Assembly (NCBI GenBank): GCA_028706295.1
Contig: JAQWBQ010000003.1
Span: forward strand, 34,441-98,440
Direction of reading: 5' to 3'
Source: Bacteroidales bacterium
Lineage (GTDB): Bacteria > Bacteroidota > Bacteroidia > Bacteroidales > FEN-979
DNA: 64,000 nt
How positions within the stretch are numbered: the stretch's first letter is position 1; each line of letters begins with the position of its first letter. The notes under the pieces were generated by a model that saw nothing but the letters and a program-made list of their open reading frames with translations, was not told where the DNA came from and did not search any database. Below are positions 9,037 to 16,169 of this stretch, piece after piece. Position numbers and translations under genes: made by a program.

Positions 9037-10284
9037 ATGGCTTATACAGAAAAAACCCGCGGGATTTACAAGGAGATCCTCGGTGGATTGCAGCAGGCAG
9101 GTATTTTCAAACAGGAACGGTTCATTCATTCTGCACAGGCTGCCGACATTGAGGTTGAGTTCCCGGCCGGATCCTCCCTCAAAAAGGTCATTAACATTTG
9201 TGCCAACAACTATCTTGGATTGTCAAGCCATCCCGAAGTAGTTCAAGCAGCCCATGCAGGACTCGATTCCCATGGATATGGCATGTCGTCGGTGCGGTTT
9301 ATCTGCGGTACCCAGGACATTCATAAAAAACTGGAATCAATGGTCACCGAATTTCTCGGAACCGAAGACACCATCCTGTTCCCTTCCTGTATGGATGCCA
9401 ACGGAGGCGTCTTTGAAGCGGTTCTTACCAAAGATGACGTGATGATCTCGGACCGCCTTGTACATGCATCCATTATCGACGGAATAAGACTTTGCAGCGC
9501 CATGCACGACACCTTCAAGCATTCCGATATGGAGCATTTGGAGGAGAAGTTGCAGCTCCATAATGATAAAAGGCTGAAGATGGTAATTACCGATGGCGTT
9601 TTTTCCATGGATGGCGACACGGCCAAGCTGGATAAAATGGCCGAATTGTGCGAGAAATATGATGCCCTTCTTTTCTGTGATGACTCCCATGCCAGTGGTT
9701 TTATCGGGAAAACAGGTCGCGGAACCCATGAAAAATGCGGGGTTATGGGTAGAATGGATATCATAACCACCACCTTTGGTAAAGGACTTGGAGGCGCTTC
9801 AGGCGGATGTGTTTCAGGTCGCAGGGAGTTGGTGGAGATGTGCCGCCAAAAGGCTCGTCCATACCTGTTCTCCAATACAATTGCTCCCCCGGTTGTCGCC
9901 GGTGTCATAAAAGTTCTTGAAATTCTGTCAGCATCGACCGACCGGCGCGACAAACTGGAGAATAACACCATCTTTTGGCGTAAGGGGTTGACTGATGCGG
10001 GATTTATCCTTAAAGACGGTGATACCCCCATTGTGCCGGTTATGCTGTTCAACGCCAAACTTTCCCAGGATGTTTCGCGCGATCTGTATGAAGAGGGTGT
10101 TTATGCCATCGGATTTTTCTTCCCTGTGGTTCCTCAGGGACAGGCCAGGATCCGGACCCAGATCTCTGCCGGTCATGACATAATCCACCTTGAGAAAGCC
10201 CTCGACGCTTTCAGGAAAGTTGGTAAAAAATATGAGATCCTGGGTAAAACCAAACAGGAGATCATCGAACGCTACGGAATGTAA
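9037..10284 (+). CDS. Kbl-like alpha-oxoamine synthase (paralogue 2), carrier-protein-linked
   Basis: 415 aa with [55 protein letters not shown]-lysine motif TTFGKGLGG and RPYLFSN. It has a 17-aa C-terminal extension (ILGKTKQEIIERYGM). It starts 8 nt after the carrier-protein stop, and its AGGAGG Shine-Dalgarno site overlaps that stop codon. Confidence 0.8.
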   Translation: MAYTEKTRGIYKEILGGLQQAGIFKQERFIHSAQAADIEVEFPAGSSLKKVINICANNYLGLSSHPEVVQAAHAGLDSHGYGMSSVRFICGTQDIHKKLESMVTEFLGTEDTILFPSCMDANGGVFEAVLTKDDVMISDRLVHASIIDGIRLCSAMHDTFKHSDMEHLEEKLQLHNDKRLKMVITDGVFSMDGDTAKLDKMAELCEKYDALLFCDDSHASGFIGKTGRGTHEKCGVMGRMDIITTTFGKGLGGASGGCVSGRRELVEMCRQKARPYLFSNTIAPPVVAGVIKVLEILSASTDRRDKLENNTIFWRKGLTDAGFILKDGDTPIVPVMLFNAKLSQDVSRDLYEEGVYAIGFFFPVVPQGQARIRTQISAGHDIIHLEKALDAFRKVGKKYEILGKTKQEIIERYGM

Positions 10285-10290
10285 ACAGAT

Positions 10291-10329
10291 AGCGAAGTGG
10301 CAAAAAGGTGAAATTTTTGCCACTCCGCT
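10291..10329 (+). terminator. Long hairpin terminator closing the carrier protein/AOS operon
   Basis: AGCGAAGTGGCAAAAA-ggtgaaa-TTTTTGCCACTCCGCT: 15 of 16 positions pair. It begins 7 nt after the stop at 10284. Confidence 0.7.
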
Positions 10330-10351
10330 TCTGAAATTTAAATCATAGGTT

Positions 10352-10909
10352 ATGGAACAAAAACTGGCCAATCCTGCTCCACTGGGGCTGATGGGATTCG
10401 GTATGACCACCGTTTTACTGAACATCCACAATGCCGGATTTTTTCCGGTCAGCGCCATGATCCTGGCGATGGGAATCTTCTATGGCGGTATCGCACAGGT
10501 CATTGCAGGTATCATGGAATTCAAAAAAGGCAACACATTTGGAACAACTGCCTTCACCTCCTATGGATTGTTCTGGATTACCCTTGTTGCACTCTGGATT
10601 TTCCCCGACCTTGGCGCCGGGAAAGGAGCCGGGACCGAAGAGGCTTTCATGGGCTGGTATCTTCTGATGTGGGGCATTTTCACATTCTTCATGTGGATCG
10701 GAACTTTCGGCAAGACCTTTTGCCTTCAGTTTGTCTTTCTCTCCTTGTGGATCCTCTTCTTTCTCCTCGCCCTGCGCGACTGGACAGGATCAGGTCTTAT
10801 TGGTACCATTGCCGGCTATGAAGGCATTATTTGCGGTCTTTCAGCCATTTATCTTGCCATGGCGGAAGTCCTGGAAGAAGCCCGTGGCAAAAAAATTCTT
10901 CCCTTCTGA
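10352..10909 (+). CDS. satP: GPR1/FUN34/YaaH family succinate-acetate channel
   Basis: Carries the family signature NPAPLGLMGFGMTTVLLN near the N-terminus. 185 aa with six hydrophobic helices. Confidence 0.8.
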   Translation: MEQKLANPAPLGLMGFGMTTVLLNIHNAGFFPVSAMILAMGIFYGGIAQVIAGIMEFKKGNTFGTTAFTSYGLFWITLVALWIFPDLGAGKGAGTEEAFMGWYLLMWGIFTFFMWIGTFGKTFCLQFVFLSLWILFFLLALRDWTGSGLIGTIAGYEGIICGLSAIYLAMAEVLEEARGKKILPF

Positions 10910-10924
10910 TTATAACACTTAACT

Positions 10925-11452
10925 ATGAAAAAATATTGGATAGCCTTTTGTATCGCCTTCATTGTCAATTGTCAATTATCAATTGTCAATTCCTTTGCCC
11001 AGTCAAAACCCGGCCCGTACAATGAAAAACAGGTAGTCCGTAAAGATTTAAAGGTGGCGCTTGAGACAGCAAAAAAGGAAAACAAAAACATCCTGGTTCA
11101 GTTTGGAGGAAATTGGTGCCCCTGGTGTCTGCGGTTTCATGCACTGGTCAATGGAACACCCCGGCTTGATTCCCTGATGAAAGCGAATTATGTATACCTG
11201 CTGTTGAATGTGCCGAAGGAGAAAGACAAACGTGATTATGATCTGTTCAGGGAATACGATTACCCGAACCGGTTTGGTTATCCTGTCTTCGTGATCCTGG
11301 ACAAATCGGGAAAACGATTAAATACCCAGGATTCAGATTCTTTCGAATACCCCGATCCGAAGGTCAAAGGATATGATACCACGAAAGTGTTACGGTTTCT
11401 TACGATGTGGACGCCAAAGGCGCTGGATCCAGGGACATATGTTACAAAATGA
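10925..11452 (+). CDS. Secreted thioredoxin-fold protein (CxxC)
   Basis: Has a signal peptide and the motif FGGNWCPWCLRFH (WCxxC), with thioredoxin-like length and pattern. Confidence 0.65.
   Translation: MKKYWIAFCIAFIVNCQLSIVNSFAQSKPGPYNEKQVVRKDLKVALETAKKENKNILVQFGGNWCPWCLRFHALVNGTPRLDSLMKANYVYLLLNVPKEKDKRDYDLFREYDYPNRFGYPVFVILDKSGKRLNTQDSDSFEYPDPKVKGYDTTKVLRFLTMWTPKALDPGTYVTK
10961..10991 (+). repeat. Heptanucleotide tandem repeat (ATTGTCA x4.4) inside the signal-peptide coding region
   Basis: attgtca attgtca attAtca attgtca att, read directly from the sequence. It encodes IVNCQLSIVNS. Confidence 0.9.
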
Positions 11453-11481
11453 CCCTGAGGAGCGATTCCCTTTGACTAAAC

Positions 11482-13971
11482 TTATTGTTTTGTGAATTTT
11501 CTTTGAACGGAACCCCGTTTGTTTTTTAGCTGTATGAAATAAACACCGGGCTCCAGAGCTGACAGATTTATCTGCTGCGGCGTATCAGTCATAGGGCATT
11601 CATACAATTGCCGGCCCATAATATCCAATATCAGGACGGCACATTCCTTATCTTTTTCCAAGGATGCAACATTCAGAATATCATGTACCGGGTTTGGCCA
11701 GATCCTGAATCGCGTTTTGTCAGGCGATTTCATTCCTGTCATCGTTACACTGAAATGAGAAGTGTCGCTGCCCACCAGGCTAAAGCCATAAAGAAAACCG
11801 TTGTAAGTGCCCCAGGAGGAATACTGATGAACCGGATTCCCTTCCGTCGAGGAGGCACCATCCCCAAAATCCCACCTCACACTGTCGGCACACTTGGTGG
11901 TACTTGTGAAGTGAACCGTCAGAGAATCGACGGTAAATTCCAGAGATGTTTTCGGAATTACCGGATAAACACGGAGATGCATATAATCAAAACCCGGTGT
12001 GCCAATGTGGTTGAGGATTACATAATCATCATGTTCGGGAAAGATCACAGGATTGGCAACAGATGAGTCTTTGAACAGGTATCCCGGAGACCAGTAGAAG
12101 TCGGAAAAATCGTCAATACAGGTTTCAAGCCGAAGACTATCACCACAGACCAGCATCGATTCTATTGGCAGGCAACTGAGTAAAATTGGAAACGACATGC
12201 TATCAGTTCCCAGATGATTGTATGCAAACAAGGTACAACGATAGAAACCATAATCCGGGTAGACATGATAGTCGGTACCCTTAGAGGAAGTGAACCCATC
12301 ACCAAAAACCCACCTGATACTGTCAAAACAGGTGGAGGTATTGATAACATGAACAGTCAGGTTGGCAATAGATATTGTTCCATTAGCAATAGGCATGTTG
12401 AAAGCCGGGTTTAAAAAGAGAGAATCAATTTTCCCAATAGCCGGTTGGTTCAGGTAAACCATGACAGGTATTTCAGGACGGATGACCGGTGCCCTGCTCG
12501 TCGAATCAGTGAACAGAACACCCGGAGACCAATAACACCCGGTGTCAATTCCCGTACAGAGGTCCAGGCAAAGACTATCGCACAGCAAATTCGTTGTATC
12601 AGTTTGAAAATCAAAACAGATTTCATTGGCTCCGATGGTTGGGATTGCTTTGCGAATGTTGCTGTCGATGTCGTATGTGATTCCGGGAATGCCAGTGTTG
12701 AGCCGGGTAGATTTTCGGATCAGCGCCGGGTTTGTCGCATGCAAATCCTGCAGGGATATATATCCGGGATCATAAAAAAACGGGTTGGAACCGATGGCGT
12801 TTACAAAAGCATTCTCATGTGGGATGTAATTGTTGTTTGACAAAGCAACTGCCTGTACATTTCGCACCTCCAGGTTCCCGATATTATTGTTCTCAACCAC
12901 AGCGTTGAGGTTCTCATAGAAAAACAGCAATGCGTCAGGGTGAAAATTGTTGTGCTTGATGTTGAATGATGGACCGGTTGCGAATTCTGTATAGTCATGG
13001 AACAGATTTCCGATCACATTCATTTGCCCGCCACTAAAACCAGCCTCACCGAAAAATTGGTTGCCATCTATGGTGGAGCCACTGGCAAAAACAATAAAAA
13101 AGCTGTTTTCGAATATATTGTGCGAAATTCTTGTCAAATTATGGGATAATCTAAATGATCCCATGAAATGATTGTTGTAGATTTTCTCGGCCGTTATATC
13201 CACACTACAATAAAACTGATTGTCATAAAAGTCCCCCTGAAGGTATAGGAAGCCTGCGTTAAAGATATTTCCCCGGAAAGTCTGTCCGGTGAACAGGAAA
13301 TCAGTGTTGGTGAGATTAAATACATTGCCTGTGTATTTTAAGATAAAACCGGAGTTGAAAATGTCGATTGCGCCGTTGATTGTATCATTCAGGAAACTGA
13401 CCACTCCTTTTGCTCCTGAAGCATAAATAGTAAATTCGGAAGATGATAAAAGAGTGTTCTTTACGAGGACGGATCCATAAACCCTGGTGAAGGGTAAATG
13501 CATGGAAAGAAGCGCCTCCTGTGTAGTAAAGCAATTAGAATAAGGATTAACAAATTTACAGGAGTCAAATGTCACTGTGCACGACCCGGAGATCTCCACA
13601 CAGGAATTCTGCTGACCGACAAAGGGTTCGAACAGCAAATTATTAAAAAATAATCTTTTTGAATTATTTATTATAATCTCACCCCGAATTACAGGTATCC
13701 CGGTAAGGGTTGAAAATGCTTGAAAAGTCACGGAATCTTCTGCACTCGCTGGTTCAAAATTCTCAAGGTAAAAGTCAGCGTAATTTCCCGGCATGATTTG
13801 AAAATCAACATCACCGGATGTGCCTTGAATGATTAATACATTGATCGCTTCCTGAAAGGTGGTAAAGTTACACCCGGTGGCACCGATGGTATAGACCCCC
13901 GACATCTGTGCATGATTGTACAATGGTATACTCATAAAAATGACCAGAAAGATCAGGACAGCATACTTCAT
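11482..13971 (-). CDS. Large secreted protein: parallel beta-helix region, two PKD-like domains, T9SS C-terminal sorting domain
   Basis: Signal peptide MKYAVLIFLVIFMSIPLYNHAQ starts at ATG 13971 (the ORF track uses TTG 14004). It has N-rich beta-helix-like repeats and two PKD signatures (WVFGDGFTS..YHVY; WDFGDGASS..HQY). The C-terminus is ...IWPNPVHDILNV...GVYFIQL..., typical of a T9SS CTD. Confidence 0.7.
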   Translation of the reverse strand: MKYAVLIFLVIFMSIPLYNHAQMSGVYTIGATGCNFTTFQEAINVLIIQGTSGDVDFQIMPGNYADFYLENFEPASAEDSVTFQAFSTLTGIPVIRGEIIINNSKRLFFNNLLFEPFVGQQNSCVEISGSCTVTFDSCKFVNPYSNCFTTQEALLSMHLPFTRVYGSVLVKNTLLSSSEFTIYASGAKGVVSFLNDTINGAIDIFNSGFILKYTGNVFNLTNTDFLFTGQTFRGNIFNAGFLYLQGDFYDNQFYCSVDITAEKIYNNHFMGSFRLSHNLTRISHNIFENSFFIVFASGSTIDGNQFFGEAGFSGGQMNVIGNLFHDYTEFATGPSFNIKHNNFHPDALLFFYENLNAVVENNNIGNLEVRNVQAVALSNNNYIPHENAFVNAIGSNPFFYDPGYISLQDLHATNPALIRKSTRLNTGIPGITYDIDSNIRKAIPTIGANEICFDFQTDTTNLLCDSLCLDLCTGIDTGCYWSPGVLFTDSTSRAPVIRPEIPVMVYLNQPAIGKIDSLFLNPAFNMPIANGTISIANLTVHVINTSTCFDSIRWVFGDGFTSSKGTDYHVYPDYGFYRCTLFAYNHLGTDSMSFPILLSCLPIESMLVCGDSLRLETCIDDFSDFYWSPGYLFKDSSVANPVIFPEHDDYVILNHIGTPGFDYMHLRVYPVIPKTSLEFTVDSLTVHFTSTTKCADSVRWDFGDGASSTEGNPVHQYSSWGTYNGFLYGFSLVGSDTSHFSVTMTGMKSPDKTRFRIWPNPVHDILNVASLEKDKECAVLILDIMGRQLYECPMTDTPQQINLSALEPGVYFIQLKNKRGSVQRKFTKQ

Positions 13972-14033
13972 ACAGGTTGAATGAAAGTCAGTTAAAACAG
14001 ACAATCAAATATAATATAAATTCCCATATGAAC

Positions 14034-14558
14034 TTATTTTGAACCTGGGATCTTATAACCGATTCGTTCCCTGGGTTCATTTTCTCGGATTATCATTTTC
14101 CGGATTGCTTCAAACACAACCTGGAACTGTGAATCGCATTTTCGTTCCAGTTCATCGATTCTTTGAACAAGTTCTTTGTTTGATTCAATCATTTGGCGCA
14201 GAGTGACAAAGGCCCGCATGATGGCAATGTTAACCATGATGGCTTGTTTTGAACGAAGGACACTTGATAATATGGCGACACCTTGTTCGGTAAAAGCAAA
14301 AGGGGGGAATGGTTTATATCTGTTATTAATACTGAGGTTATCACAATTTGTGATAACCTCTTCCCACTCTGTTTTCGACAATTCAAACATGAAATCATGA
14401 GGAAACCGATCCATGTTTCGTCGTACTTGTTGTTTGAGAACCCGGGTTTCAATACCGTACATTTCTGCCAGATCGAAATCAAACATGACTTTTCTTCCTC
14501 TCAGATAATATATTTTTTGCACCATCTCATCGGCATGGATTGACAGGTTATTTTCCAT
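14034..14558 (-). CDS. ORF6N (KilA-N-related) DNA-binding domain protein
   Basis: IYYLRGRKVMFDFDLAEMYGIETRVLKQQVRRNMDRFPHDFMFELSKTEWEE matches the ORF6N domain pattern. The C-terminus is a coiled coil. Confidence 0.75.
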   Translation of the reverse strand: MENNLSIHADEMVQKIYYLRGRKVMFDFDLAEMYGIETRVLKQQVRRNMDRFPHDFMFELSKTEWEEVITNCDNLSINNRYKPFPPFAFTEQGVAILSSVLRSKQAIMVNIAIMRAFVTLRQMIESNKELVQRIDELERKCDSQFQVVFEAIRKMIIRENEPRERIGYKIPGSK

Positions 14559-14623
14559 CGATTTTTTTGGTTAATCGGAGAAAACGCGGAAAGTAGTTCG
14601 ATTGGTGTAATATTTCCAGTAGG

Positions 14624-15982
14624 CTAAAAGAAATAGTAGGCCCCCAGCAGTATTCTGAAATTGCCTACTTCTTTGGCATCGCTGACTGTTGCATTATTAT
14701 TTACTGTACCATAGGCTGCCACGGTATATTCTATTTCACCTGCAAAACGAAGTTTCTGAACATTAAAAATCAACCGGGGAGAAATCCGGTAGGCATAGGC
14801 AATATTGTTCCCGCGGGCATAATAGGGGCCGGTTATGTCGCTCGTTGCCCCGAGGTTCTGGCCAAAGGCGCCAAACAATCCCGGCTGCCAGCGGGTGCCA
14901 TTGGTGTGGATTTCACCCCATGCCGCCCAGGACCGTACGTTGGCGTAATCGACAAATCCTTTAGCAGCATCTTTAATGCTTTTAACCGCGTAACCGCCCA
15001 GCATGGTGTACGCATAATTATCGTCACCGTAAACGGCTCCCGCCTTGAAAGTGAAGTTTGGAATCCGCACTTTTACGAAGAAGCTCCCGCCCATTGACCG
15101 GGACTTCTCGGAGGTCTTGTAAATTGAAGTTTGGGCTTCGGTGTGGTAGACGATGTTGTTAATGACCGTATCACGTGCGGGCGACAAGGTGACCTCAGTT
15201 TGAAGGCGCGGGGTGAGCATAAAATAATTGACGCTGGCGCCTATCAGAAATTCGGTTTTCCTCACCGGATTGTTAAAACCATATTGCAACAACAGGTTTA
15301 ATTCGGGAAGTACAGAATTTCGAAGATATTTGGAACTGATCCCGTCGGGGCCGGTGCTCATAAAATCGATCTGTTCCAGGGCTGAGAACTGGAGACTGAA
15401 CTTTCCGAACTTTTGAGTGATCCTGAGCTGTGGATTGCGTGAAAAAACCACGAAAGGCGCTCCCGTGTTAAATGAAACCGTACCCGGTGAACATTCCGGT
15501 ACAAACATCGGATGCCAGGATTGACCCATCATAAGTTCCGTTTTTGTCCAGTTAAGTTTGATCCAGGCATGACGGAGCCTGAAGGTATTGATATTTGGGT
15601 TGATGTTTCCGAAAAATTCAGCTTCAAAATAGGCGGAGGTCTTTGCACCCAGGGCATCCGGGCCGGTGATGCTCCCGGCTAACCGGGTTTGTATCGAGAG
15701 AATATTGAAATTGGCTTTCGCATTGATGTCAGTCCCGTCTTCATCGGGTTTTTCATTTTCAGGAAAAAGCAGAAAATGGCCCTCACGGAAATTGACCGTC
15801 TGCCTGGAATCGAAAATAAAATCTGTCTTGACATAGCCCGAGAACACAATACCAAAAAGGGGAGATTTCTTGTCTTTCGTTGCTTTTGCGTCGGTCTTGC
15901 CGGTTATTGTACCAGTCGTCTGTGCCTGCATAGTCGCAGAGAAGATCAGCAGTGCCAGGAGTACAGGATGCATTTTTTTCAT
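14624..15982 (-). CDS. Putative outer-membrane porin (beta-barrel)
   Basis: Signal peptide MKKMHPVLLALLIFSATMQAQ. It shows an alternating beta-strand pattern throughout, is rich in aromatic and Gly residues, and ends ...LLGAYYFF (terminal Phe). Confidence 0.55.
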   Translation of the reverse strand: MKKMHPVLLALLIFSATMQAQTTGTITGKTDAKATKDKKSPLFGIVFSGYVKTDFIFDSRQTVNFREGHFLLFPENEKPDEDGTDINAKANFNILSIQTRLAGSITGPDALGAKTSAYFEAEFFGNINPNINTFRLRHAWIKLNWTKTELMMGQSWHPMFVPECSPGTVSFNTGAPFVVFSRNPQLRITQKFGKFSLQFSALEQIDFMSTGPDGISSKYLRNSVLPELNLLLQYGFNNPVRKTEFLIGASVNYFMLTPRLQTEVTLSPARDTVINNIVYHTEAQTSIYKTSEKSRSMGGSFFVKVRIPNFTFKAGAVYGDDNYAYTMLGGYAVKSIKDAAKGFVDYANVRSWAAWGEIHTNGTRWQPGLFGAFGQNLGATSDITGPYYARGNNIAYAYRISPRLIFNVQKLRFAGEIEYTVAAYGTVNNNATVSDAKEVGNFRILLGAYYFF

Positions 15983-16169
15983 TGTTGAAATGGTTTTGTG
16001 AATTTTGTTCCTTATAAAACTGGTACAAAGAAAACAAGAATACCTGAAATTGCGGCGGGCATAAGGTTCAAAAGGGGCTAAAACAACACTGATTCGGTAT
16101 AAAATCCTTAACTTCGCAGCCCGGTCCGTGAAGTTGAACCGCTGTCGACCTATTCATGCCCTGATTCAT

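Noticed and set aside
9321-10058. A 245-aa ORF on the minus strand, antisense to the second alpha-oxoamine synthase gene.
   Set aside because: It is Ser/Arg/Pro-rich with low-complexity composition and has no motifs. It lies fully inside a gene whose product matches the Kbl family end to end, which is typical of a shadow ORF.
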